The notes below the pieces were generated by a model. It had not been told where the DNA came from. It searched no databases and worked only from the letters and a program-made list of their open reading frames with translations. From positions 32,001 to 96,000 of the forward strand of contig JAWBTQ010000004.1 of NCBI GenBank assembly GCA_038841535.1: a stretch of 64,000 nucleotides of DNA, written 5' to 3'. The position numbers were made by a program, and so were the translations under genes. Below are positions 47,488 to 57,506 of this stretch, one piece after another. The first letter of the stretch is position 1. Each line of letters opens with the position of its first letter. Source of the DNA: Sulfolobales archaeon (GTDB lineage: Archaea; Thermoproteota; Thermoprotei_A; Sulfolobales; NBVN01).

Positions 47488-48012
47488 CTAGCGCAGACCA
47501 ACTATCTCAACTGGGACTTCAACGAACTCCCCGTTGGTTTTATCCCTGTGGACGTAAAAAGCTCGATAAATAGGACGACCTTCGTCGTCAAGCCACAAAT
47601 TAATGTTAAACCCCCCACTACCGCCTGGGAAATCCACACCCATCCAATATGCGTAATGCAGACTCATCGATAGATCTGGTTTTACCAGCAGGGTCCCAGA
47701 GTACCTGTCAGGGCCCTTCTTGGGATAGTATTCTCTATACCTGTCCCTAGGGTAGTTCCATCTGAAAATCATGCCCGAAGGAGAGCTCTCCTTAATTATC
47801 CGTACTGGAACTTCTTTAGCTCTCACTACTAGGAGAGGATCACCCCGCTTAGAGTAAAGAAAGAACGCCCTTATTTTCTCGCCCCTCTCCTTAGCTTCCC
47901 TAGCAACACTGATTACCTCGTTCCACACCTCTCGGCTAATCCTAATTCGTAGACCTATCAAATTGCGTCTCCATATGAAGGGTACTCTAATACAGCACAT
48001 AAACACGACCAC
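47488..48012 (-). CDS. Hypothetical protein (possible inactive JAB/MPN fold)
   Basis: IRISREVWNEVISVA...FFLY...V pattern; no HxH motif. Confidence 0.6.
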   Translation of the reverse strand: MVVFMCCIRVPFIWRRNLIGLRIRISREVWNEVISVAREAKERGEKIRAFFLYSKRGDPLLVVRAKEVPVRIIKESSPSGMIFRWNYPRDRYREYYPKKGPDRYSGTLLVKPDLSMSLHYAYWMGVDFPGGSGGFNINLWLDDEGRPIYRAFYVHRDKTNGEFVEVPVEIVGLR

Positions 48013-48356
48013 CCTTCCACACCTTGACGTAGTAACTCCCTAACGCTATCTTTCTCTAGAACTATGTCGCACTCATTCGTAAATCTTCCTATCATCATAA
48101 TTCTACGGCATCCCTAGTCTGGAAGTTTTCAGTGACTTACAAGCATTCTATACCCCTAGTAACCAGATTGCTTTTGGGGATGTGGACGTTCTTTGCCTTA
48201 ACCGGCAACAAACTCAGTATTGCACTATTTGGAACCCGACGTAGTAGACTCGCTACTGAGTCAAAGAACTGCTTCTGCTGTGTAGGTGACTAAGAGAAGA
48301 GCATCTTAGGCTTTAAAATAGCGCGCGCACAACATAGCATGAGGTGTTAGGTTAAG

Positions 48357-49493
48357 TTGACCAGGTTCCTGCTCATGATTCCGGGCCCTTCTATAACTGA
48401 CCCAGAAACAATGCTTGACATGGCTAAGCCCACTTTTAGTCATGTCTCAGCAGAGTTTGACACAATACATAGGGAGTCTGTCGAGACCCTAAAGAAGGTA
48501 TTTGGAACGGAGGGAAGTGTTGTAGTTATCCCCGGGAGTGGTACGGCCGCAATAGAGCTCGCTGTAAGGACCTCGCTGAGAGCGGGTGAGAGGGCAGTAG
48601 TCCTCAAGGCGGGCTTCTTTGCCGACTACCTTGCTGATGCTGCTAAGAGGGTCGGAGCAGATGTTACGGTAGTGCAGTCGCCTACGGGCAGGGGGTTCAG
48701 CGAGGATGAAGTCGAGAGAGTATTGAGGGAGGGTGGTTACAGCGCAGTGCTACTCCAGCACGTAGAAACCTCAGTGGCTGTAGCTAACCCGGTTGAGAGG
48801 ATAGCTAAAAAGGCCAAGGAGTACGGGGCCAGGGTCATAGTAGATGGCATAGCGTCTATAGGTGGAATGGATATGAAGCTGGACGAGTGGGGCGTCGATG
48901 TATGCTTGACGGGTTCCCAGAAAGCTCTGGCGGTACCTCCAGGGCTAGCTATAGTTGCGTATAGAAAAGGCTTCACCCCTCTAATTGAGAATGAGACAAC
49001 GTATTTCAATATAACTAGGCTACTGAAGGAAATGGAGTCTACTAGGAACTACTATATTACGCCGGCTGTAAACCTAGTTTACGCTCTCCACTCTTCCCTG
49101 AAGAGGATAATCGCGGAGGGGCTTGAGGTAAGGTATAGGAGGCATGAGGCACTAGCTAGGGCCGTGCAGAAGGGGCTTGAGGCTTTGGGTCTCAAGCTTG
49201 TCGCAGAGGAGGGCTTTAGGGCGAACACGGTCACGGCTGCCTACATCCCGGAGGGTGTAGAGTGGGCAAAACTCTATGCGGAGATGCGCGCAAGGGGTGT
49301 AGAGATAGCAGGAGGCCTCGGGGAACTACGGGGTAGGATATTCAGGATAGGACACATGGGTGAGGCTACAGCGAACGATGTAATCGCTACTTTAGCAGCA
49401 CTCGAAAGGTCTCTAGTGAAACTAGGGTATAGAATAGAGCTGGGAGCATCGGTAAGAGCTGCTCAAGAAGTACTCCACTCCTACGGTGTGTAG
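48357..49493 (+). CDS. Alanine/serine--glyoxylate aminotransferase (class V PLP)
   Basis: LMIPGP, GSGT, HVETS, DGIAS, GSQKAL (PLP Lys), FRIGHMG. Confidence 0.92.
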   Translation: MTRFLLMIPGPSITDPETMLDMAKPTFSHVSAEFDTIHRESVETLKKVFGTEGSVVVIPGSGTAAIELAVRTSLRAGERAVVLKAGFFADYLADAAKRVGADVTVVQSPTGRGFSEDEVERVLREGGYSAVLLQHVETSVAVANPVERIAKKAKEYGARVIVDGIASIGGMDMKLDEWGVDVCLTGSQKALAVPPGLAIVAYRKGFTPLIENETTYFNITRLLKEMESTRNYYITPAVNLVYALHSSLKRIIAEGLEVRYRRHEALARAVQKGLEALGLKLVAEEGFRANTVTAAYIPEGVEWAKLYAEMRARGVEIAGGLGELRGRIFRIGHMGEATANDVIATLAALERSLVKLGYRIELGASVRAAQEVLHSYGV

Positions 49494-49497
49494 TGTA

Positions 49498-51084
49498 ATG
49501 TACGACTTAGTCATCAAGAAGGGCATAATAGTAGACGGTAGCGGCTCACCACCTTTTAGGGCCGATATAGGTATCTCGGGCGACAGGATCGAGTCTATAG
49601 GCGACCTCAGTGGGGAGAAAGCTAATTTAGTTGTAGACTCTTCTGGAATGGTGGTCTCACCCGGGTTTATTGACATTCATAACCACAGCGACATAACGAT
49701 CTTCGAAGTACCAACAGCAGATAACTACATACTCCAGGGAGTCACTACAATTGTGGTAGGAAATTGTGGTTCTTCACCAGCTCCCTTAACTGATGTGAAC
49801 TTTGAGGAGGAAGTAAAGTGGATCAAAAAGGAGCACCCGGATGTAGAGGTTAGGTGGAGAAGTTTTAGCGAGTACGTCAAGGCCCTCGAAGAGCTTAAGC
49901 CGTCGGTCAACATAGCTCCGCTAGTTGGGCACGGAACGATCAGGTCCGCAGTACTAGGGTTCGGTCCAGAAAAGCCTTCAGAAAGAGACATCGAGTTAAT
50001 GAAGGAGCTAGCTAGAGAAGCTATGGAGGCAGGAGCCTTTGGTGTGAGTACGGGGCTCATATATATTCCAGGAACTTTTGCTACAACAGAGGAGATAGTC
50101 GAGATAGCTAAGGTAACTGCTTTGTACAGTGGTATATACTCGACGCACATGAGGAACGAGGGCGTTAGGTTACTTGACTCCATCTATGAGACTATAACCA
50201 TAGGTCTTAAAGCCGGAATAGGTGTCGAGATCTCTCACCTAAAGGCCGGCGGTAAACCTAGCTGGGGGAAGGTAGTAGCAGCCTTAAAGGTGATCGAAGA
50301 TTACGCATCTAGAGGGTACGACATATCGGCAGATGCTTATCCTTATCCTGCTGCATCTACATCTCTTTCAACACTGTTGCCGAGAGACATAAGGGGGGCT
50401 AGTTCGGAGGAAATACTGAAGAAGCTGAAGGATCCCAGAGTAGTGAGAGAGATTAGGGAAAAACTAGGGGAAGCGGTTTTTGAGGAGAGATACATTTCTT
50501 GGTCTGACATAATGATATCCTATTCTCCGAGACATAAAGAATTTGAAGGTATGAGACTAGATAAGATAGCGGAGTCCCTGGGTATAGACCCTATCGAGGC
50601 AGTTGTAAAGATACTCTTAGACGACGAACTTGCTACAGGGATGGTAACATTTACCATGAGAGAGGATGACGTCAGAACCGTGATATCCCACCCACTAGTT
50701 GCTATCGGGAGTGACGGTTCAGTCGGTAAGTTTGGAGTCGGAAAACCTCATCCAAGAAGATATGGGACTTTTCCGAGAGTTATAGCTAAGTATGTTCGAG
50801 AAGAAAAGGTGTTAACACTACAAGAAGCTATAAGAAAGATGACATCGTTGCCAGCAAGAAAGCTAAGACTCTGGGATCGAGGGCTGATAAGACCTGGTTT
50901 TAAGGCAGACTTAGTGGTATTTAACTACTACAGCATTGAGGATACAGCTACGTACGAAAATCCACACTCTTACCCAAGGGGGATAAGATACGTGATCGTT
51001 AACGGCAAGATCGCTGTTGAAGGCGGTAAGTTGGTTCCGGCAGTCAGAGCTGGAAAAGTGCTTAAGAGAGGAGCATTAAGCTAG
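49498..51084 (+). CDS. N-acyl-D-amino-acid deacylase (D-aminoacylase)
   Basis: PGFIDIHNHSD, GNCG, THMRNE, SHLK, GSDG, PHPRRYGTFPR. Confidence 0.92.
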   Translation: MYDLVIKKGIIVDGSGSPPFRADIGISGDRIESIGDLSGEKANLVVDSSGMVVSPGFIDIHNHSDITIFEVPTADNYILQGVTTIVVGNCGSSPAPLTDVNFEEEVKWIKKEHPDVEVRWRSFSEYVKALEELKPSVNIAPLVGHGTIRSAVLGFGPEKPSERDIELMKELAREAMEAGAFGVSTGLIYIPGTFATTEEIVEIAKVTALYSGIYSTHMRNEGVRLLDSIYETITIGLKAGIGVEISHLKAGGKPSWGKVVAALKVIEDYASRGYDISADAYPYPAASTSLSTLLPRDIRGASSEEILKKLKDPRVVREIREKLGEAVFEERYISWSDIMISYSPRHKEFEGMRLDKIAESLGIDPIEAVVKILLDDELATGMVTFTMREDDVRTVISHPLVAIGSDGSVGKFGVGKPHPRRYGTFPRVIAKYVREEKVLTLQEAIRKMTSLPARKLRLWDRGLIRPGFKADLVVFNYYSIEDTATYENPHSYPRGIRYVIVNGKIAVEGGKLVPAVRAGKVLKRGALS

Positions 51085-51204
51085 AAGTACCTTATTTTTC
51101 TCTCGATATTCATCCTTTACATTGCTTCAGGGATTTCAGGTTAGACAGGCAATACGTATTTTACACTTATAAGTTCCGCAATAAAGTCATTAAGGGCGTT
51201 AAAG

Positions 51205-51585
51205 GTGGTCGATAAGAATGCTGTTATCGAAAGGCTGAAAGAAGCTCTTAAGAACGTATACGACCCAGAGATTCCCATAAACATATGGGATCTAGGGCTG
51301 ATCTATGGTATCGACGTAGATGATTCCGGTAACGTGAGGATCAAGATGACTCTGACAGCTCCAGGATGCCCTATAGTATCATTCCTGCTTCACCAAGTTC
51401 AGGAGTCTATATATGGAGCTCTAGCCGATATTAAAGACATTAACGAAGTTAATATCGACCTAGTCTTTGATCCCCCGTGGGACCCAACTAAGATGACCGA
51501 GGAAGGAAGAAGGAGGTTTAAGGAGTTATTTGGTTACGATATTCTAGAGTCTTACTCTAAGAGAGGGCTTTTAAAGCAAACTTGA
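51205..51585 (+). CDS. DUF59/SufT metal-sulfur cluster assembly factor
   Basis: VYDPEIPINIWDLGLIY, MTLTAPGCP, FDPPW. Confidence 0.9.
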   Translation: MVDKNAVIERLKEALKNVYDPEIPINIWDLGLIYGIDVDDSGNVRIKMTLTAPGCPIVSFLLHQVQESIYGALADIKDINEVNIDLVFDPPWDPTKMTEEGRRRFKELFGYDILESYSKRGLLKQT

Positions 51586-51598
51586 ACTGGGGGATAAG

Positions 51599-52114
51599 TT
51601 GCCTATAGAGCAGCACAGACGGGATGCTGCCGAAATTCCTGTCTCAGTGTGTGTTGTAGTTACTAGTGATAAAGTACTTCGTGGTGTTTACTCAGATGAG
51701 GTTACTGGTTTAGTTGCGAGATTAGTCGCTAAGTATGGGTGTGAACTGAAGAACCACACCTTAGTTCCGAATAACAGAGAGTCTATAGCTTCAGCAGTAG
51801 CAGAAAGCCTTAGGAGATGCGATGTCGTTGTGGTATCGGGTGGGACGGGCCTCGGTCCTAGGGACCTATCGGTTGATGTAGTAAGAGAAATATGCTCTAA
51901 AGACATTCCCGGATTCGGTGAACTGTTTCGGTATATAACCTTCCAAACGTATGGTACAGCAGCTCTTGCGACAAGGGCCATGGCCTGTGCTGCCGGAGAT
52001 AGATTAGTGTTCGTTACTCCAGGCTCACCCAGCGCAGTCGAACTCGCATTAGACAAGCTAGTACTTCCAGAAGTAAAGCACCTTGTAGCTGAATTACGGG
52101 AACTGAGACATTAA
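51599..52114 (+). CDS. moaB: Molybdenum cofactor biosynthesis protein MoaB/Mog
   Basis: TSD, GGTGLGPRD, PGFGELFR, PGSP.AV. Confidence 0.9.
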   Translation: MPIEQHRRDAAEIPVSVCVVVTSDKVLRGVYSDEVTGLVARLVAKYGCELKNHTLVPNNRESIASAVAESLRRCDVVVVSGGTGLGPRDLSVDVVREICSKDIPGFGELFRYITFQTYGTAALATRAMACAAGDRLVFVTPGSPSAVELALDKLVLPEVKHLVAELRELRH

Positions 52115-52148
52115 GCTCCAGCTAGTAACGAATTAGCGCAATCTTCGC

Positions 52149-53675
52149 TTACGGTGATAGTTTGTTAACTACATGATCTAGAGGGAATACTACTCTCTGC
52201 CAAGGTCTTTCGCTTTGAGATCTACGTCTAAGCGGAAACCCTGTGTCAACTCCGAGAGTGCTAGATAGTTCCGCTATGCTTCGCCTCGATAGTCCTTTGA
52301 GGGCTAGAGATGTAGCCAGCTTTCCAACGTTTCTATTCCCAAGAGCTATGAGGGACTGGATGAAAGCATAAAGCCAGCGGAGGTAAGCAATAGAGCCCCC
52401 TCCAAGCTCCTTCTTGAAGAGCCCAACTTTTTTGAGGTACTCATCTTCGGTAATTAGTGGATAATCTTGCAGAGGTGTGTGCGGCTTAGGCACTAATGGG
52501 TTTATGTTTATTGTCATATTTCTACGCAGCTTACGCGAGTGAGACATTAGATACTTCACGTTCTTTATAGTCTCGAGAACATGCTCTTCTCGCTCCAGTG
52601 GAAGACCGACCATTATGTAAAGCTTGACGTTGAACCCTTTCTTAAGGGCTGATATCGCAAGTTCACTAAAAGTGCTGAAATTGAAGCACTTGCCGATATA
52701 GCAGCTTAACTCGAGGTTCATTGATTCAGGCGCGAGAGTAAGAGTTCTCTGGCTCGATAGCGATATGAGGTCTAGGTCGTCAAGTCTCAAGGTGTCCCAC
52801 CTGATCGACGGTATCGAGAAGTCAATTTTGTTGTCAGCCATGTAGATTAAGAAGTCTCTAAAGCTGGGGTGGTCAAACGGTGAAAGTGAGTAAATTACCA
52901 CTCTCCTTCGTCGAGTGAACTTCAAACCCTCACTCACTAAGCTCTTTACGGTCTCAAGGCTTCTGCACCTAAATGGATGCATAGTGTAGGCTTCAAGGCA
53001 GAACTTACACAACCATCTGCAACCTCTAGATATCTCGATGTAGAAACCTTCACCGTAGACTGGCTCTACGCTTCTCGATCTGATCTCGGCTACTGGGTGA
53101 GGAGTGTTGTTTAAGTCTTCTACATAGACCTTCCTAGTGCTAGCCTCACCAGTGTATAGACCGTCACCTATAGATTCCAAGAAGCCAGTCGGTTTATCAG
53201 GTAGTAGGCTAAGTGAGCGAGCGAGTTTTTCTAAGAGGATCTCACCATCACCCACAAAGCACGCGTCAGCAACTTCTAGAAAAGGTTCTGGATTAGCCAT
53301 CGCAGCAAGTCCACCTACCAGTATCACTGGTTTTTTCTTTCTTTTCTCAGCATTGAGCTCGATTCCAGATTCATTGAGCAATTTTGATAAATATAGTAGG
53401 TCTAACTCGTAGTTAGCACTAACGAGAAGTAGGTCGAATTCGCGGAGCTTACGCGATGTGATAGCGCCTTCGTTCGGGTTATCCAGCGTAAACCTATCGA
53501 CTAGGGCATCGCTTTTCTCGATTAAGAAATAGTAGGCTATGTGAGTAAATAGATTAGTAATCGAGGCTTGGTACGTGCTTGGGTATACAAGTGCTACCCT
53601 AGGATAGCCAGAGGCTCTTAGGTAAACGTTATACTCTCTAAACTTACCAGAGTGTAATGCTAATTTCCACACCAA
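52149..53675 (-). CDS. B12-binding-like radical SAM protein
   Basis: EISRGCRWLCKFC, TLAPES, YIMVGLP, VPKPHTP. Confidence 0.88.
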   Translation of the reverse strand: MVWKLALHSGKFREYNVYLRASGYPRVALVYPSTYQASITNLFTHIAYYFLIEKSDALVDRFTLDNPNEGAITSRKLREFDLLLVSANYELDLLYLSKLLNESGIELNAEKRKKKPVILVGGLAAMANPEPFLEVADACFVGDGEILLEKLARSLSLLPDKPTGFLESIGDGLYTGEASTRKVYVEDLNNTPHPVAEIRSRSVEPVYGEGFYIEISRGCRWLCKFCLEAYTMHPFRCRSLETVKSLVSEGLKFTRRRRVVIYSLSPFDHPSFRDFLIYMADNKIDFSIPSIRWDTLRLDDLDLISLSSQRTLTLAPESMNLELSCYIGKCFNFSTFSELAISALKKGFNVKLYIMVGLPLEREEHVLETIKNVKYLMSHSRKLRRNMTININPLVPKPHTPLQDYPLITEDEYLKKVGLFKKELGGGSIAYLRWLYAFIQSLIALGNRNVGKLATSLALKGLSRRSIAELSSTLGVDTGFPLRRRSQSERPWQRVVFPLDHVVNKLSP

Positions 53676-53725
53676 CGGTAATGAGTTTAGAGAGTAAAAA
53701 GGAGCTAGTATCTCCTTATACCGAA

Positions 53726-55054
53726 CTACCCTAACCCGGTTCGAGCTAAGAACTCACTCACTAAGTCAGCGATAGATGGTCCATCAACTACTCTAAGCTC
53801 CCAGGTAACTTTAACTATAGGAACATTTACATCTAATAGGCTCGATATGTCGGCTGGAGTTCCAAGGATTACGCAGTCTGCTTTCATTCTTCTTAGTGTC
53901 TCGTTGAGGTCTTTTAACTGCTCTGGGGTGTAACCCGTGGAAGGTACTACGGGACCCATTTGGGGGTACTCCTCAAGCATCACCTTGATTATACCGACAG
54001 CATAAGGTCTCGGGTTCACTATTTCAGCCGCTCCGTACTTCTCTGCAGCAACATATCCCGCACCGTATGGCAGACCTCCGTGAGTAACGGATGGCGAGTC
54101 CTCTATTACGGCGACTCTCCTACCTTTAACGAGCTCGGGTTTGTCTACAGCTACTTCCATATCTGCTAGAACTATTTTCGCCTTGGGATTAACACTCTTT
54201 ACATTTGATACCACTCTTTCGACGTTTTCTTTACGAGCTCTCGAGACCTTGTTGATCACTACTGCGTCTGCCAGTCTTGTGTTAATCTCGCCAGGGTAAG
54301 CGGATACCTCTTGTCCTGGTCTCATAGCGTCTGCTACGGTGATCATATAGTCAAACTTTATGAAAGGCGTGTCGTTGTTACCTCCGTCCCACAGTATGGC
54401 ATCCCCAAGCTTCTCAGCCTCAAGAAGTATTCTTCCGTAGTCCACACCTGCGAGTACTGGGAGGCTTAGTCTTATGTACTGCTCGTACTCCTCCCTCTCT
54501 TCTACAGTGATCCCGTACTTGGCGAAGTCCTCCTCGGATCTGAACACCTGTATAGAAGACTTAACTAAATCTCCATATGCCATTGGATGTCTAATCGGGA
54601 CAACTCTAATACCCCTCTTGATCAGCTCCCGAACTACTGCTCTCGATACAGTGGACTTGCCGGCACCTGTTCTTACAGCAGTAACTGCGATAACAGGCTT
54701 ATAGGACCTCAGAAAAGTCTCGTGCGGAGATAGCAGCTTGAACGATGCTCCAGACGAGAGCGCTATTGAAGCAAACCTTCCAACGTCCTGATACGTTAAG
54801 TCACTATAGGATAGCACTACTTCGTCTACCTTAAGCTCTTTAATGAGCCTGGGAAGCTCGCTCTCGGGGTATATGGGAATCCCCTGAGGATATCTTGGCC
54901 CGGCAAGCTCTGGAGGAAACCTCCTTCTCTCAATGCCAGGTATTTGAGTAGCAGTAAAGGCTACTACCTCGTAGTCTTGCCTGTCTTTGAAGTAGGTAAG
55001 GAAGTTATGGAAGTCTCTTCCACCAGCACCAGCAATAATTACTCTCCTAACCAT
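53726..55054 (-). CDS. COG2403 P-loop enzyme (cDPG synthetase-like; probable arginine synthetase ArcE)
   Basis: GAGGRDFHNF, FTATQIP, RTGAGKS, RHPMAYG, EEREEYE, WDGGNND. Confidence 0.8.
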   Translation of the reverse strand: MVRRVIIAGAGGRDFHNFLTYFKDRQDYEVVAFTATQIPGIERRRFPPELAGPRYPQGIPIYPESELPRLIKELKVDEVVLSYSDLTYQDVGRFASIALSSGASFKLLSPHETFLRSYKPVIAVTAVRTGAGKSTVSRAVVRELIKRGIRVVPIRHPMAYGDLVKSSIQVFRSEEDFAKYGITVEEREEYEQYIRLSLPVLAGVDYGRILLEAEKLGDAILWDGGNNDTPFIKFDYMITVADAMRPGQEVSAYPGEINTRLADAVVINKVSRARKENVERVVSNVKSVNPKAKIVLADMEVAVDKPELVKGRRVAVIEDSPSVTHGGLPYGAGYVAAEKYGAAEIVNPRPYAVGIIKVMLEEYPQMGPVVPSTGYTPEQLKDLNETLRRMKADCVILGTPADISSLLDVNVPIVKVTWELRVVDGPSIADLVSEFLARTGLG

Positions 55055-55131
55055 GCTATCCCCACAAGTTTTAGTTTACTCTAATAAATATTTTTTGTAG
55101 GCAGTAGAATTTTTATCTATCTCTAGATGTC

Positions 55132-56046
55132 TTACATTTTAATAGCTATTTTAGTAAGCTCATCTATTACTCTGAGAGTCGCTACGGCGTCTCGCAGATC
55201 AGGAGCTTTAACGTCCTTACCACGGCATCTCTCTACAAATACTCTAAGCTCTTCTTTTAGAGGTTCCCCATTGCTAGCCTCGACCCGCATGCTACCAGAC
55301 TCTGTTATTACGGTTAGTACTCTCGAGATCAGGTCGGTTCTTATAATACCTCGATCTGTTAGAGCATCTATTTCTCTGATTTTTACGGGAAGCACCCCAT
55401 CGGCCTCGAATACAACGTCTACTCTGTCGTAGATAGCTTCAGCTACCGCTCTCTGCGGTACTCCGCCGTCAACAGCAAATGAAGAGAACAGAGGTCTTAC
55501 CTCACGTGAATTAAGCAAGTAGAAAGCTAGGTCAATATCATGGGACATGAGGTCGAGAGTCACTGGGTAGTTTCGCATGTGAGGAGGTCTTCTTGATAGT
55601 CTCCTGAAGCGTAAAGCATAAATGTGTTTATCGCTAATCTGACGCACAAGTTCTACAACAGCTGGGTCAAACCTAGAGAGATAGCCGACTTGGTGCACTA
55701 TTCCCCTAGCATCAGCAAGAGTCAAGAGATTGCTAGCCTCCTCATAGGTTTCAGCAGCAGGTTTCTCTATGAACACACACGAAGCAGTATCCATGGCTTC
55801 GACAGCGTTTTGGTAGAGCGTGCTTATGGGAGTAGCTATAATGAAGGCCTCCCCCGAGACTTCACTGACGCGGCTGGCCAAAGCCCGAAAGCCGTACTTC
55901 CTAGAAAGCTCTAGGGCTCGGGATACGTCTACATCCACCACGTAGCTTAGATCGACTAAACCCTCAATCTCTAGCTCCTTTAGAGACCTAGCGATGTTGG
56001 TTCCCCATTTACCAGCTCCAACGAGCGTTATTCTTACTGGGCTCAA
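55132..56046 (-). CDS. Gfo/Idh/MocA oxidoreductase
   Basis: VGAGKWG, EKP, RFDP, DLMSHD; likely TTG start at 56046. Confidence 0.88.
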   Translation of the reverse strand: MSPVRITLVGAGKWGTNIARSLKELEIEGLVDLSYVVDVDVSRALELSRKYGFRALASRVSEVSGEAFIIATPISTLYQNAVEAMDTASCVFIEKPAAETYEEASNLLTLADARGIVHQVGYLSRFDPAVVELVRQISDKHIYALRFRRLSRRPPHMRNYPVTLDLMSHDIDLAFYLLNSREVRPLFSSFAVDGGVPQRAVAEAIYDRVDVVFEADGVLPVKIREIDALTDRGIIRTDLISRVLTVITESGSMRVEASNGEPLKEELRVFVERCRGKDVKAPDLRDAVATLRVIDELTKIAIKM

Positions 56047-56300
56047 GCAGATCCCAGCGTAGAGCAAGCTAAGCAAAAAATTCTTACACAACTCATAGCT
56101 TAAGTCACTATAAACACGTAGAAGTGGATCCCTGGCTGTCCTAAGTTTATACAGACTTACGTTAAATTGCCTTAGCTTCTCTACGTGCTTACTGGGGACT
56201 ACCTGAGACCCCACGCAGTCTGTATCAAGGTAATGGTCGTGCTTTAGGATTAAAATCAGGGGCTGATTTGAAGAATATGTATGGGGTATAGGAGCAGACT

Positions 56301-56360
56301 CTACTTCTTCTGTTCTTTCTCCTCCTTCTGTTCTTTCTTCTTTCTGGCTTTACAGGGCAT
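56301..56360 (-). CDS. Putative 19-aa small protein MPCKARKKKEQKEEKEQKK
   Basis: SD GGTGA 4 nt before ATG at 56360, TATA-like TTATTAAG upstream, TAG stop at 56301-03. Confidence 0.5.
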   Translation of the reverse strand: MPCKARKKKEQKEEKEQKK

Positions 56361-56450
56361 AGCATCACCAATTCTATATACAATCGAGAAACTTAATAAG
56401 ATCGAAGTAAGAGAGGACTTTATGCGACTTCTTTTACTCTTAGGGGTTCA

Positions 56451-57389
56451 TCATCTCTGCGGGGTAGTCGTTAGATTAGCTCTTTTCAACTTGTTAAGTA
56501 AGTAGTTGTATAATCCAGTTATGACCCTATACGTGGACCCTCTAAAAGCAGGCATAGAGTTTTCTAGCTGCCTAGCATACGCGAGCTCTATATCGCTACT
56601 TAAAACACTATGGTATACTTCCTCAGTACTCGTAACACCCTCATTAATCATGTTGCTAATGCGATAAGTCCACGAAATTAACTTATCTTTAGCTCTTTGT
56701 ACGAAGATCTCCGGGTTTTCGCTAATCATTCCATAGTGTGCCACTGCTATTATCCTTGGCTGAAGCTTCAGTGTCAGATCTAAGCTACTCAAGTACTCGT
56801 CTCCATCGAATGGGTGGACAGTAACCGGGTATATCCTTCCATTAAAGTAGTTAGCTATAGAATCACCGGCAAAGAGTATGTCAACAGGGTCAAGCATATA
56901 GGATACGTGGTGCGCAGCATGTCCTGGAGTGTAAACAGGCACTAACACAAAGTCTCCTAAGTTAACTCCAACTCTATTCTCTACAGCTAAAATTCGGCTT
57001 TGTGGAACCGGTCTGGGCTCTCCAAGCAGCCTTGCTATATCTCCTAGGACATCAAGTGATGAGCTCCAGAGTTTCGAAGGATCGGTTAAGTGCCTGACTC
57101 CACGAGGATGAACGAGCACCCTGGCACTCGGTAAGTACTCAAGTAGGTCACCAACAACTCCAGAGTGATCTATGTGAACGTGTGTTAACGCTATGTATAC
57201 TTCTTTAAGGCGGTCTAAATTCATCGCATCAATGAACTCCTTAAAGCTCTCTAGAGAGGCTTTTGGACCAGGGTCAACGATAGCTATAGACTTACTTCCT
57301 ACTATGACATAGGTCGCTAGCCACCCAGCCGTACCCGACGGCTCTAAGTCAGCTATCAATACCCCTTCTGAAACCTTCTCCACCCTCAC
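56451..57389 (-). CDS. MBL-fold metallo-hydrolase
   Basis: THVHIDHSG, HPRG..HL.DP, TPGHAAHH, GD, AHYG. Confidence 0.9.
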   Translation of the reverse strand: MRVEKVSEGVLIADLEPSGTAGWLATYVIVGSKSIAIVDPGPKASLESFKEFIDAMNLDRLKEVYIALTHVHIDHSGVVGDLLEYLPSARVLVHPRGVRHLTDPSKLWSSSLDVLGDIARLLGEPRPVPQSRILAVENRVGVNLGDFVLVPVYTPGHAAHHVSYMLDPVDILFAGDSIANYFNGRIYPVTVHPFDGDEYLSSLDLTLKLQPRIIAVAHYGMISENPEIFVQRAKDKLISWTYRISNMINEGVTSTEEVYHSVLSSDIELAYARQLENSMPAFRGSTYRVITGLYNYLLNKLKRANLTTTPQR

Positions 57390-57506
57390 GTTATCACACC
57401 ACCACTTGAACCGAAAGATAGAAACTTAAGCATAGACCAGACACGCTGAAGACGAGCACTAAGCCTAGGACTACTTAAAGCTTTGAAAGGTACGGCAGTT
57501 CTTTCT

